NCBI GenBank assembly: GCA_003168265.1
Contig: PMSV01000007.1
Span: 8,429-72,428 of the forward strand
Reading direction: 5' to 3'
DNA from: Chitinophagaceae bacterium
GTDB lineage: Bacteria; Bacteroidota; Bacteroidia; Chitinophagales; Chitinophagaceae
Length of the DNA: 64,000 nucleotides
Under the pieces are notes generated by a model that saw nothing but the letters and a program-made list of their open reading frames with translations, did not search any database and had not been told where the DNA came from. Of the stretch, positions 10,970-20,632 are shown one piece after another (positions within the stretch are counted from its first letter, which is position 1; every line of letters begins with the position of its first letter). A program made the position numbers and the translations under genes.

Positions 10970-11135
10970 ATCAATTAACGCTTCAATTCAGGCAAATACT
11001 CCAATATTTAATACCAATCTAGTTATCAAATAGATGGTTTGGTATTGAAATTGAGAAGAAAGCTGTCATTTTAGCCCTTTTTTCATGCTTTTTATTCCTT
11101 TTTTCGTACTTTTGCAAACTCTTTAAAAAGCGTTC

Positions 11136-11681
11136 ATGGGTAGAAGGGATTTTGAAATACCATTTGTTGGGTTGAAGCCCGGAATCCACGAATTTAGCTA
11201 CCAGGTTACAGACAAGTTCTTTGAGGCCTATCAACAACAGGATTTTCAGCACTGTGAAGCAAAAGTGAAATTGACTTTGGATAAGAAAAACGGTTTTATG
11301 TTGATGCATTTTGAAGTCGGTGGTACACTGAATATCCAATGCGACCGTTGTGGAAATATGCTCCCAATCGAACTTTGGGATGAATTTCGCATCCTGGTAA
11401 AACTCGTGGATGATCCTGAGATCATGAATGAACAGGAAGAAGATCCGGATGTCTATTATTTATCCAAAGGAGAAAGTCACCTTCACCTGTCTGATTGGAT
11501 TTATGAATTCATAAACCTGAGCATACCCAATCAGCGAATGTGCAGAGAGGAGAATATGGGAGGAAGATATTGTAACAAAGAGGTGCTGGCCATGTTGAAA
11601 AAACTGGATTTTAAAACCAATAAGACGCAAAACAATCTCTGGAAAGGATTGGAGAAATTTAAAGACCTGGACAAAAAATAA
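11136..11681 (+). CDS. yceD: YceD/DUF177 family protein
   Basis: CDRC motif; canonical position upstream of rpmF-plsX. Confidence 0.9.
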   Translation: MGRRDFEIPFVGLKPGIHEFSYQVTDKFFEAYQQQDFQHCEAKVKLTLDKKNGFMLMHFEVGGTLNIQCDRCGNMLPIELWDEFRILVKLVDDPEIMNEQEEDPDVYYLSKGESHLHLSDWIYEFINLSIPNQRMCREENMGGRYCNKEVLAMLKKLDFKTNKTQNNLWKGLEKFKDLDKK

Positions 11682-11713
11682 ATTAAAACAAATAAAGACA
11701 AACTTAAAGTAAT

Positions 11714-11905
11714 ATGCCAAACCCGAAACGGCGCCATTCAGCGCAGCGTGGCGCCAAAAGAAGGACGCACTACAAAGCAGAAAAAGTTACACTGAGCAAG
11801 GACAGTTCGACAGGTGAAATTCATGTTCGTCACAGAGCCCATGTCAGCGAAGGAAAACTAGTCTACAAAGGAAAAGTCGTTGCCGAAAAATCTCCCATCA
11901 ACTAA
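11714..11905 (+). CDS. rpmF: 50S ribosomal protein L32
   Basis: MPNPKRRHS...KRRTHYK...HRAH...YKGK; yceD-rpmF-plsX synteny. Confidence 0.96.
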   Translation: MPNPKRRHSAQRGAKRRTHYKAEKVTLSKDSSTGEIHVRHRAHVSEGKLVYKGKVVAEKSPIN

Positions 11906-11970
11906 TTGGGAACGGGCCCGGGGCCTTGCTGATTTTTCCATAAATTACGGTCCCAGATCACTTTATTTAG

Positions 11971-12921
11971 TTGTCGCAGATGAATATAGGCTTAGACATG
12001 ATGGGGGGCGATTTTGCCCCGTTGGAAACCGTAAAAGGCCTGCAATCCTATCTGGCTGAATATTCCTCTCCGGCATTTTTGTTTTTATTAGGGCACGAAA
12101 TCCAGCTAAAAAAGATACTTTCAGAATACCGGATCCCTGCCGATTCCTACCAGATTGTACATGCTCCCGAAGTTATTGGCATGCAGGAACACCCGACAAA
12201 AGCACTTAAGGAAAAACAGCAGTCTTCAATCGCCGTCGGCTTTCATATGCTGGCAACCGGCAAAATAGATGCGCTGATCAGCGCAGGCAATACCGGGGCA
12301 ATGATGGTAGGAGCGCTTTTCAGCATAAAGACACTTGAAGGAGTGCACCGGCCAACTATTGCAACCATCATCCCGAAGGAAAATGGGAAAACAGGAATGC
12401 TGCTCGATGTAGGTCTGAATGCGGATTGCAAGCCGGAAAATCTCAATCAGTTTGCCTTACTAGGGGCGCTCTATGCAAAAAACATCCTGGGAATCGAATC
12501 ACCCCGGGTTGGTCTCATAAATATTGGCGAAGAGGAAGGAAAAGGAAATGTGTTGGCGCAGGCAGCCTACCCTCTTTTGAAGGAAAACAAGCAAATCCAA
12601 TTTATTGGAAATGTGGAAGGAAGGGACTTGTTATTGGATAAGGCCGATGTCATGGTATGTGAAGGCTTTACCGGAAATATCATCCTGAAATTGGCGGAGT
12701 CCATTTACGAAGTCACCCGGCATAAAAACATCAATAACGAATTCTTTGAACGCTTCAATTTTGAAAACTATGGAGGCACGCCGGTCCTTGGGGTTGCCAA
12801 GCCTGTCATTATTGGGCATGGAATCTCACAGGCTAAAGCCTTCAAGAACATGATCATCGTGGCTCAAAAGATCATCGAAACCGATCTGCTCACTAAAATG
12901 AAAACGGCATTTGAATCCTAA
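11971..12921 (+). CDS. plsX: Phosphate acyltransferase PlsX
   Basis: DMMGGDFAP, SAGNTGA, DVGLNAD, NIGEEEGKG and GFTGN motifs. Confidence 0.96.
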   Translation: MSQMNIGLDMMGGDFAPLETVKGLQSYLAEYSSPAFLFLLGHEIQLKKILSEYRIPADSYQIVHAPEVIGMQEHPTKALKEKQQSSIAVGFHMLATGKIDALISAGNTGAMMVGALFSIKTLEGVHRPTIATIIPKENGKTGMLLDVGLNADCKPENLNQFALLGALYAKNILGIESPRVGLINIGEEEGKGNVLAQAAYPLLKENKQIQFIGNVEGRDLLLDKADVMVCEGFTGNIILKLAESIYEVTRHKNINNEFFERFNFENYGGTPVLGVAKPVIIGHGISQAKAFKNMIIVAQKIIETDLLTKMKTAFES

Positions 12922-12985
12922 CCTACCCTGCAAATAGAACTGTTCTCGGGAACCGATCCACAACTACCTCAATCTTAAACAAAAT

Positions 12986-13330
12986 GCTACCAGCTCGTAA
13001 GCCGGATTCTGTTTCTAAACCATCATTTATCTGGTCCGGTCATTACTGACGGGATCTGGCTGCCTACCCGCCAACTCAAGCGGGCCGCTTTCAAACGTTG
13101 GCTTATTTGGCATTACAGCATGCAAGGTTTACCCGCAAAACCTGTTACCAGGAATTGCCGTGAGCTCTTACCTCACGTTTTCACCCTCATTCCTTCCGAA
13201 GAAAGAACAGTTATTTTCTGTGGCACTATCTGTTGATGTGAACATCACCCGGCGCTTAACCGGTGCATTGCCCTGTGCTGTCCGGACTTTCCTTTCCTGC
13301 TAAAACAGGAACGATGGTTCGGCTGGTAGC
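12986..13330 (-). ncRNA. rnpB: RNase P RNA (bacterial type A)
   Basis: Minus strand has GAAAGGAAAGTCCGGACAGCACAGGG and the 3' ACAGAATCCGGCTTAC; terminal GCTACCAGC/GCTGGTAGC arms form P1. Confidence 0.96.
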
Positions 13331-13334
13331 GATG

Positions 13335-13342
13335 CAAATATA
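13335..13342 (-). promoter_or_regulatory. Bacteroidota sigma-70 -7 element (TATATTTG) of rnpB
   Basis: TAnnTTTG consensus 4 nt upstream of the first P1 nucleotide. Confidence 0.8.
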
Positions 13343-13392
13343 AAACTTAAATAGTGATCAGGCATCCTACCCGGGATGAAGGCAGCGAAACT

Positions 13393-14406
13393 TCAGTATT
13401 TCAGATAAACCTCCGTCGCTCCATAGCCATAGGATGGATTGTATTGATTCACAAAGCTTCTCACCTCCTTTTTCAGACGAAGCGCTTCGTGAATTTCGTC
13501 CCTTAGCTTACCTGACCCGACTCCATGAATGAACACTATTTGCGGAAGATGATGCAAAAGAGCAAGTTCATAGAATTTTTCAAATTCCTTCAATTGAAGC
13601 ATGAGCATCTCAAAAGCGCTTAATTTTTCCCAATCACTTGTGATCTTCTCAATGTGCAGGTCCACCACGGAACGGGCAGGCGGCAAATTTTGCCTGCTTC
13701 TTGAGGCATCATAAATCCTGAAATTAGGTGACAATTTAGCCTGAATATCCGGCTTGACCTCTTCTACCCGGTCCGGGTAAACATCCATTAGCTTATATGA
13801 AAAATTCGCTTCTCCTTTCTTTCTAACCTCTTCTGTCTTTGAAAAGACCTGCTTGGCCTTCAACTTCAGTTTTGTTTCAAAAAAATCGGCCTTGCGTTTA
13901 TCTGGCTTTATCAATGCAAATTCAAAACTGAATACCGGGCTATCATTCAGTTTCTCAAAAGGAATATCATGAAGGTAAAAATCCTTAAAAGAAAAGACTT
14001 CGTTTTGGATTCCGAATTCCTCCCCGGTCAGAAAATCCACTCTGTAGTCGAAGTTCAATCCACTTTCCAGGCGATTGACCAGGTGAATTTTCAATGTTTC
14101 GACGAATTCATCTCCAAATTCGTCCTGTGACCAAACTGGCAAAAAAGACAACCAAACACCGTCAGAAACCTGGGAAACAGCCTGCTTTTTCTCACTCCTT
14201 ATATCCTCCACATAGACTTTCTGCTTTTGAGGGACTTTTTTTTCTGTGAACCGTTTGAAATAGGGGAAATCCAACTGATCGATATATGCCGGAAAACTTA
14301 CCCCACGGATTTCCACCATCACCATCTTGGAATTGATGATATCGACAATTTCACCTTCTTCATTGGAATGCAGAACCAGAACTGTATCCCCAATCTGAAA
14401 TTTCAT
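13393..14406 (-). CDS. Smr/MutS2-domain protein (DUF2027-type N-terminus)
   Basis: C-terminal VDLHIE...FIHGVGSGKLR...YGYGATEV Smr motif. Confidence 0.9.
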   Translation of the reverse strand: MKFQIGDTVLVLHSNEEGEIVDIINSKMVMVEIRGVSFPAYIDQLDFPYFKRFTEKKVPQKQKVYVEDIRSEKKQAVSQVSDGVWLSFLPVWSQDEFGDEFVETLKIHLVNRLESGLNFDYRVDFLTGEEFGIQNEVFSFKDFYLHDIPFEKLNDSPVFSFEFALIKPDKRKADFFETKLKLKAKQVFSKTEEVRKKGEANFSYKLMDVYPDRVEEVKPDIQAKLSPNFRIYDASRSRQNLPPARSVVDLHIEKITSDWEKLSAFEMLMLQLKEFEKFYELALLHHLPQIVFIHGVGSGKLRDEIHEALRLKKEVRSFVNQYNPSYGYGATEVYLKY

Positions 14407-14445
14407 TTTACAAAATTACTATTCGTCTGATCAGGATGCAAAAGG

Positions 14446-14472
14446 AAAAGGGCTCATGAGGAGCCCTTTTTT
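14446..14472. terminator. Intrinsic terminator hairpin
   Basis: AAAAGGGCTC-atgag-GAGCCCTTTT with A and T runs on either side, downstream of the C1 peptidase gene. Confidence 0.8.
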
Positions 14473-14492
14473 TATTATCATCATTGATTGAA

Positions 14493-16163
14493 TCAATCAT
14501 TTATTTGCGGACTTTTTGCCTTGTGGGCCGAACGTAGCCTCAACTCCGCAGCCTTCCGCTGTATCTCACCGCTCAGATACTTGGCTTTCACAAAGCCAAG
14601 GATTTCCTGAGAAGTGTAGGCGTTCCGGTTATTCGGGCCTACACCTGAATTATATTTGGAATGTCTGAGATTTTGAGTATTTGCTTCCAGGGTATTTTTG
14701 TTCGCGTCATGAATGCCGCCTGAATTTGGGTTATAATTGGTGATTACACCACTGGAGAAGCTGGCCGGCAACTGACCCGTCGTATAAAAGATATTGTTCT
14801 GCATATTGACATCTCCAAGTACATTTTGCGGGTCTGCGACAAACACCAGGTAATAGTAACCATTCAGATTAGTTGGCACAAGGTAGTTACGGTAAATTTC
14901 AGGAGTTCCAAAAGCATCTTCCGCCATATCTGTTCCCGAAGGAATGTCAACATTGATGGCGCAGGCATCATTGCCCTGACAAACATAACCCCCGGCGGTA
15001 ACACTGTCCGTGACCTCATCATGGAAGATAATACCATAATCATTTGCATTGAATGCATTGTAATACAGGTAATAATAGCTCCAGTTGCTTGATGGGTTAA
15101 CATCCGATTGGCCAATATTATAGATATCAAGTAAAATTTTCCTGGCAGTCGGGTCATTGGTCGGATTATCAGTCGGATCGTTGATGGTAGAATAATCTGA
15201 AAAAACCCAGGCCGCAATATCCGTTGTAGCCGTCGTTGTGGTTGGGATTGTATCAGTAGTAGTGGTGCCATTGGATGCCATATAATACACATTGCCACCA
15301 GATAAATAGGTATTGACCAGCTCATTGTAGTCGATCCAGTAGAAACCGGTCTCCCCCCAGCTAGTGCCCCAGGAATTCACCACATGAAAAGCTCCGCTTG
15401 CCCCCATATTGTCATCATAACCGACAATGCATTGGGCATGAAGGCCTACAGGGCTCGGGAATGTTGCTGTAGTGAGCACACCACCGGTGTAATTTTCAAA
15501 TTCATTGCTAACCTGGATGGCCATAACAATAGGCGTATTATTTGCCAATTGCTGTTTGATAGCCTGTACGGTCGCAGACACGGTTCGGTAGAAAGCGATC
15601 TCATGGTTCGCTGCTTCGGTATTCCAGGAGGCCTGTAATTGGCTCTGAGAACAATTGGTAATATTTGGATCCCAGGGAACCGTAGCCTCTGTGGCTATAC
15701 CATTGGATACCAAAATATCCATGGCACTAGTGATCTGAGTACCGCTTTGACAATCTGCGCCTTTTTCATTATCAGGGATTTCCAGAAATAAATCCTTGGC
15801 GCTCAACTCATAGGATGTATTATTGACCTGCCCGCTATTGTAAGCGTTGGCAACCGCTTCGGAGATTGTTTTGGCATAATAGCCTGTCGACCAACCTACA
15901 CAGGTTTCGGTTTGTCCCTGATCCCCAACCGGCGGACAATATGGAGTAAGGTCCACTTTGGAAGGCAAATTCGTGGAACCCACAAGCGCGGCAGTATTGA
16001 TAGCCTGCGGAACAGTGGAAGGATTGTCTAATCCCGTCAAACCAGTTCCATGCGTCGTGGTAGTGGTGCTATTATTTTTGGGAGATGATTTTTTACAGGA
16101 TGGGATCAGAAAGAACAAGGTTGCTGCAAGAATGAATAACCTGCAATTGGATGACTTTTTCAT
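14493..16163 (-). CDS. Papain-like (C1 family) cysteine peptidase lipoprotein with CARDB-like C-terminal domain
   Basis: Lipobox LIPSC (Cys23); catalytic GDQGQTETCVGW, GLHAQCIVGYDD and VNSWGTSWGETG; GYYYLVFVADPQN...NN resembles CARDB. Confidence 0.85.
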   Translation of the reverse strand: MKKSSNCRLFILAATLFFLIPSCKKSSPKNNSTTTTTHGTGLTGLDNPSTVPQAINTAALVGSTNLPSKVDLTPYCPPVGDQGQTETCVGWSTGYYAKTISEAVANAYNSGQVNNTSYELSAKDLFLEIPDNEKGADCQSGTQITSAMDILVSNGIATEATVPWDPNITNCSQSQLQASWNTEAANHEIAFYRTVSATVQAIKQQLANNTPIVMAIQVSNEFENYTGGVLTTATFPSPVGLHAQCIVGYDDNMGASGAFHVVNSWGTSWGETGFYWIDYNELVNTYLSGGNVYYMASNGTTTTDTIPTTTTATTDIAAWVFSDYSTINDPTDNPTNDPTARKILLDIYNIGQSDVNPSSNWSYYYLYYNAFNANDYGIIFHDEVTDSVTAGGYVCQGNDACAINVDIPSGTDMAEDAFGTPEIYRNYLVPTNLNGYYYLVFVADPQNVLGDVNMQNNIFYTTGQLPASFSSGVITNYNPNSGGIHDANKNTLEANTQNLRHSKYNSGVGPNNRNAYTSQEILGFVKAKYLSGEIQRKAAELRLRSAHKAKSPQIND

Positions 16164-16459
16164 GACTCTTTTATTTAGTAGTGTACGTTAATCTTCTTAA
16201 GGAAAAGCCGGGAATTTCTGTTTAAACCGCCCTAAAAGTAAAATCATTCCAAAGGGTCCGAAATAATCAATATGTAGTATTTATCGAAAAGTAATAATTG
16301 ATAGAAAAATAATTTGCAGAATTGATCATTTGTCGATCTTTCAAAAAGAAAGACGAATGTAAGCATTAAAAGATGGATTGCACAATAGTCCTGGTTTAAA
16401 GCTTGGAAATGGCTGATATATCCTATAGCTAAATAGGTCGGGGCAGCTTAAGAAAGCTA

Positions 16460-17470
16460 TTAAGCGATGGCACGGTTTTCCCTGGCAACACGAAGATTGC
16501 CGTTGATGCGAATTTTTTTGCCCGTCAGGACTTCATTCATGAAAAAGAAATAGGTCTTTTTGGAAATAAACTGCCTGATTTTCCTTTTGGCTATGACACG
16601 GCTGCGATGTTTGGATTTGATCAGAGATATCGCTTTAAAAGGTACAGGTAAAGAGAGTATATAATCTCCGCCTGCGATTCGTATGGATTCGAAAGTTCTC
16701 CAGAATTCATCATAATTTTTTTGGAAACCATTTTCACCGATGGTGGCATTTCCAACCCGGTTACAGAGACTGACCCCAACCAAGGTTCGGATTCCCAGGG
16801 AAATGGCCATGCCTTCCAGAGCAGAAATCAGCAGCACCGGGAGGGCATTATCACTATAGGCCTTCGAAGCATCTGAAATCTTATCCAGGCTTTCGCGGAC
16901 ACCCTGTATTCTCGTGACATAGATGACCTGGTCATCAACAATGCCAAAAAAGACCCCGTTGCAAAAGGTAAATGAAATTGTATAAAGCGGAGATTCATTG
17001 ACATGGAAAATCAAAGAAAGACACCCTTCTTCTTCGAAAGGATAGGCATCAGCTAATTTGATCTCATATCTATCGGAACCTCTTGTTTCAGACCAGATAA
17101 CAAGACCATTTCTGAATATCTGTCTCAAAATATGATAAGGGAAATTCTTCTTGAAAAATTCATAGTGATTGATAAGAATTTTCTGTCTCTTTTCTGTATC
17201 AAGCGAAGTCGAAAGATATTTATAGAGATAGAGATAATAGGTCCTTCTTGCGATAAACCCGAGATCGCCAAAAGACTTCAGAATCTTATTCAATCGGTGA
17301 TGGCCCGGTACATATAAGATTATTCTCAAAGCCCTTAATACGTAGGAGAAAAGCAGGCTTAGTGATTTCTCACGCCGTCTGTTAATGACAAACCGGACAT
17401 GTTGTATCAAAGAGTACAAAGAGTACAAAGCAAAGCGTTTTACAAGAATTAGGAAATTGGACTTCAACAT
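16460..17470 (-). CDS. VirK/YbjX (DUF535) family protein
   Basis: YLSTSL...R..ILINHY, EEEGCLSL, YTISFTF, RIQG and YDEFW motifs match DUF535. Confidence 0.8.
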   Translation of the reverse strand: MLKSNFLILVKRFALYSLYSLIQHVRFVINRRREKSLSLLFSYVLRALRIILYVPGHHRLNKILKSFGDLGFIARRTYYLYLYKYLSTSLDTEKRQKILINHYEFFKKNFPYHILRQIFRNGLVIWSETRGSDRYEIKLADAYPFEEEGCLSLIFHVNESPLYTISFTFCNGVFFGIVDDQVIYVTRIQGVRESLDKISDASKAYSDNALPVLLISALEGMAISLGIRTLVGVSLCNRVGNATIGENGFQKNYDEFWRTFESIRIAGGDYILSLPVPFKAISLIKSKHRSRVIAKRKIRQFISKKTYFFFMNEVLTGKKIRINGNLRVARENRAIA

Positions 17471-17551
17471 TTTAAACGGAGCTTTTGAAATATTATTATT
17501 TCAATTGTCAAGATTGTTCAAGCTTAAGAAAAAACTATATTTGCAACCCAT

Positions 17552-17622
17552 TGCCCGATAGTATAACGGTAGTACGTCAGATTCTGGATCTGAATGTCTT
17601 GGTTCGAGCCCAGGTCGGGTAA
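17552..17622 (+). tRNA. tRNA-Gln(CTG)
   Basis: Acceptor TGCCCGA/TCGGGTA, anticodon stem TCAGA/TCTGA with loop TTCTGGA, T-loop GGTTCGAGCC. Upstream TATATTTG promoter at 17536-17543. Confidence 0.96.
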
Positions 17623-17635
17623 CAGTCATATTTAT

Positions 17636-17671
17636 AATGCGTTATAATTCAAACTATTATAACGCATTTTT
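17636..17671 (+). terminator. Terminator after tRNA-Gln
   Basis: 13-bp perfect inverted repeat AATGCGTTATAAT/ATTATAACGCATT followed by a T run. Confidence 0.75.
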
Positions 17672-17924
17672 ATTTTTCAAAGAAATAATTAACCTTAAAA
17701 TATGCCTAACTTTGCCGTTTCGAAGGGAATCATCTCATGTCAAGTCTTCGTCCTGTGAACATTTATGAATCTTCTGCGACCTGTGAGCCTTCCTGTTTAA
17801 TACGGGATTCTCTCTCTTTAAAGTTTTTTCTTCCGGTATTTAAAAAGCGCAATATTTGCAGCCTGAAAAAAATGGCCCGGCCATATTCAAACTATTTAAA
17901 CTTAACACAAATCGGCTCGCCTTT

Positions 17925-19904
17925 ATGTCCTCCTCACATCTAAAGAAGATATCTGCTGCAGGATTAATCATAACTCTCGGCATCATCTATGGCGACATCG
18001 GAACATCTCCACTCTACACTTTTCAAACAATCCTTCATGAAGGAGGAAAAATCAGCGAGGAACTGGTATTCGGGGCTATATCCTGCATATTCTGGACCTT
18101 GACCTTGCAAACAACTTTTAAATACGTATTCATTACCCTTCAGGCAGACAATAAAGGTGAAGGAGGAGTATTCTCCCTTTATGCACTGGTCAGGCGATAT
18201 GGAAAGAAACTGGTATATCCGGCGATCATTGGTGCAGGCACATTACTCGCTGATGGGATAATCACCCCTCCTATTTCTGTCACTTCAGCTATAGAAGGAT
18301 TGAACCAGGTGAAGGGACTCGGTGATGTGATTGTTCCGGGGAATAACCTGGTGGTGGAAATCGTGATGGTTATCCTGCTGCTTCTTTTTGTTTTCCAGCG
18401 ATTCGGTACCAAGATCGTTGGAGGATCATTCGGCCCCATAATGTTGGTCTGGTTTTCCATGCTCGGTATTTTAGGAGTCAATCAGATTGTCCATTATCCG
18501 CATATTCTCAAAGCCCTGAGTCCTCATTACGGGATCAGGTTGCTTACACTTCATCCCAAAGGATTCTGGCTGCTCGGCGCCGTATTCCTTTGTACAACGG
18601 GGGCAGAAGCTCTCTATTCAGACCTGGGACATTGCGGCAAGAGAAATATCCAGATAAGCTGGCTTTTTGTAAAGTCCACCTTGCTCCTGAATTATCTTGG
18701 ACAGGGCGCCTGGGTCCTTCTCCAACATACTGATGGCATCGGTACCGCGAATCCTTTTTTCGCCATCGTCCCCCATTGGTTTCTCATACCTAGTGTATTC
18801 ATTGCCACAGCGGCTTCCATTATAGCCAGCCAGGCCCTGATCAGCGGATCCTTCACCTTAATCAACGAAGCCATCAGTCTGAATTTCTGGCCAAAAGTCA
18901 CAGTCAAATTCCCCACAGATGTGAGAGGGCAGATATATATTCCAAGCATCAACTGGGTGCTTTGTCTTGGCTGTTTTCTAGTCGTACTTTATTTCAGGAC
19001 CTCTGAAGCCATGACGGCTGCATATGGCTTTTCAATCACGATCGCAATGCTCATGACTACCATACTCATGTATTATTTCCTGCGTTATGTTAAGCACCTG
19101 CCTGTTGCTTTAGTAGTGACCATACTCGTCGTATTCCTGACCGTTGAATCCTCTTTCTTTGTTGCCAATGCGGTCAAGATCGTAAAGAGACTTTTCTTCC
19201 TTGTTTTTGAATTCGGGCTCATTTTCACTATGTATATCTGGTACAATGCACGTAAGATCAATAACCGTTTCTTAAGCTTTATCAATCTCATCGAATATAT
19301 CCCTTTACTGGAAAGCCTTAGTGTTGATAACAGGGTACCCAAATTTTCCTCTCATCTCATTTACCTGACAAAGGCCAACCGGCCTACCCATATAGAACAG
19401 AAAATAATTTATTCCATCTTCAGTCATAATCCCAAGCGGGCCGATGTGTACTGGTTTGTTCATATTGAGCGAACAGATGAACCTTATACACTGGAATATG
19501 GGGTAGAGGAATTGAAAAATGACAAGGTCATCAGAGTCGAATTCCGGCTTGGCTTCCGTGTCCAACCTAGGATCGGCATGCTATTCCGAAAAGTTGTTGA
19601 AGAAATGGTATCCAACAAAGAACTTGATATCGCATCCCGTTATCCATCACTTAAAAAACACAATATCGCTGACGATTTCCGTTTTATAATACTGGAAAAA
19701 TTCCTTTCCTATGACAATGAATTCTCAGTTCGTGATGGCTTTATTTTGAACAGCTATTTTGGCATCAAGCGCCTGGCCTTAAGTGATGACAAAGCGTTCG
19801 GATTGGACTCCAGCGAAACCGTCATCGAAAAACTGCCCCTGGTCGTAGTACCTGCTTCGCAAATCGGCCTTCACCGCGCCTATTACCGGCTTCACGAAAG
19901 CTAA
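17925..19904 (+). CDS. kup: KUP/HAK/KT family potassium transporter
   Basis: LGIIYGDIGTSPLY, ADNKGEGG, TGAEALYSDLGH and GQIYIP motifs. ATG at 17925 preferred over the upstream TTG at 17856. Confidence 0.95.
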   Translation: MSSSHLKKISAAGLIITLGIIYGDIGTSPLYTFQTILHEGGKISEELVFGAISCIFWTLTLQTTFKYVFITLQADNKGEGGVFSLYALVRRYGKKLVYPAIIGAGTLLADGIITPPISVTSAIEGLNQVKGLGDVIVPGNNLVVEIVMVILLLLFVFQRFGTKIVGGSFGPIMLVWFSMLGILGVNQIVHYPHILKALSPHYGIRLLTLHPKGFWLLGAVFLCTTGAEALYSDLGHCGKRNIQISWLFVKSTLLLNYLGQGAWVLLQHTDGIGTANPFFAIVPHWFLIPSVFIATAASIIASQALISGSFTLINEAISLNFWPKVTVKFPTDVRGQIYIPSINWVLCLGCFLVVLYFRTSEAMTAAYGFSITIAMLMTTILMYYFLRYVKHLPVALVVTILVVFLTVESSFFVANAVKIVKRLFFLVFEFGLIFTMYIWYNARKINNRFLSFINLIEYIPLLESLSVDNRVPKFSSHLIYLTKANRPTHIEQKIIYSIFSHNPKRADVYWFVHIERTDEPYTLEYGVEELKNDKVIRVEFRLGFRVQPRIGMLFRKVVEEMVSNKELDIASRYPSLKKHNIADDFRFIILEKFLSYDNEFSVRDGFILNSYFGIKRLALSDDKAFGLDSSETVIEKLPLVVVPASQIGLHRAYYRLHES

Positions 19905-19925
19905 ACACATGAACTGATTATAAAT

Positions 19926-19955
19926 AGGAAAAGGCAGACGAACCCTGCCTTTCCT
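19926..19955. terminator. Hairpin between convergent genes
   Basis: AGGAAAAGGCAG...CTGCCTTTCCT imperfect inverted repeat. Confidence 0.6.
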
Positions 19956-19972
19956 GATTAACGTTTAAGCGG

Positions 19973-20413
19973 CTATTGTTTAACCTTTTTTGAATCGACT
20001 TCCCAGTTACCGCCATCAACCGATTCCAGTTTCAGAATATGCTCTGCATTTTCCAGGATGATATGATAAGTAGTCAGGCCATTCATACTGACTTCAAAGA
20101 GTTCGGTGATCCAGTAACCGGCATAATTGGTTTTCAGGCTCATGTCAAGAGAAAGTGGCAGCTTACAGGAAAGAATATTCCGGGCCAGGGCCATTAATTC
20201 TCCATCCTTCGAATAATAGGCAAAAAGGAATTCGTCATTCAGTTTGAAAGTTACCAATTGGTAATCATGATTTTTTTCCCAGTTGACCTGGGTGGCGCCG
20301 GAGAATTCCTTTTTGAAAGAAGCTGAAGCCTTTCCACTATCCGGGCCTTCAGAAGCAAAACCGGAACTCATGGTGAAAATTAATAAAGCGGTGATTAAAA
20401 TACTCGGTTTCAT
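19973..20413 (-). CDS. Secreted hypothetical protein (PepSY/BLIP-like, DUF2874-like)
   Basis: Signal peptide; F.KEFS.A..V.W...AYY...GEL and LP..L repeat pattern of Bacteroidota periplasmic proteins. Confidence 0.65.
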   Translation of the reverse strand: MKPSILITALLIFTMSSGFASEGPDSGKASASFKKEFSGATQVNWEKNHDYQLVTFKLNDEFLFAYYSKDGELMALARNILSCKLPLSLDMSLKTNYAGYWITELFEVSMNGLTTYHIILENAEHILKLESVDGGNWEVDSKKVKQ

Positions 20414-20632
20414 ATGTTTAATTTTTTAGGTGATTGTTTATCCATCATCAAATTGACATAACAAAGATATGGATTAATACATGTACTATGCAATACAAAG
20501 TACAGTAGAATGCCTAAATCTAATAGGAACGGTCTTAATCAATGATAAAAGTGTGGACCTAAGGAAAAAAAGATTAATTAGTTTTAAATCGCTTATCCTT
20601 AATGCTTGTTATATTGCCTTTAGTTATACCAG

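Noticed and set aside
11019-11339. 106-aa minus-strand ORF
   Set aside because: Overlaps yceD and its promoter in antisense; no family features.
11714-11905. L32 lacking zinc-binding cysteines as a zinc-sparing paralogue
   Set aside because: Cys-poor L32 is common in Bacteroidota and this copy is in the canonical operon.
12921-12990. No fabH after plsX
   Set aside because: Common rearrangement; nothing here suggests a pseudogene remnant.
17552-17700. tRNA-Gln as an island integration site
   Set aside because: No integrase and no 3' duplicate seen; a terminator and kup follow.
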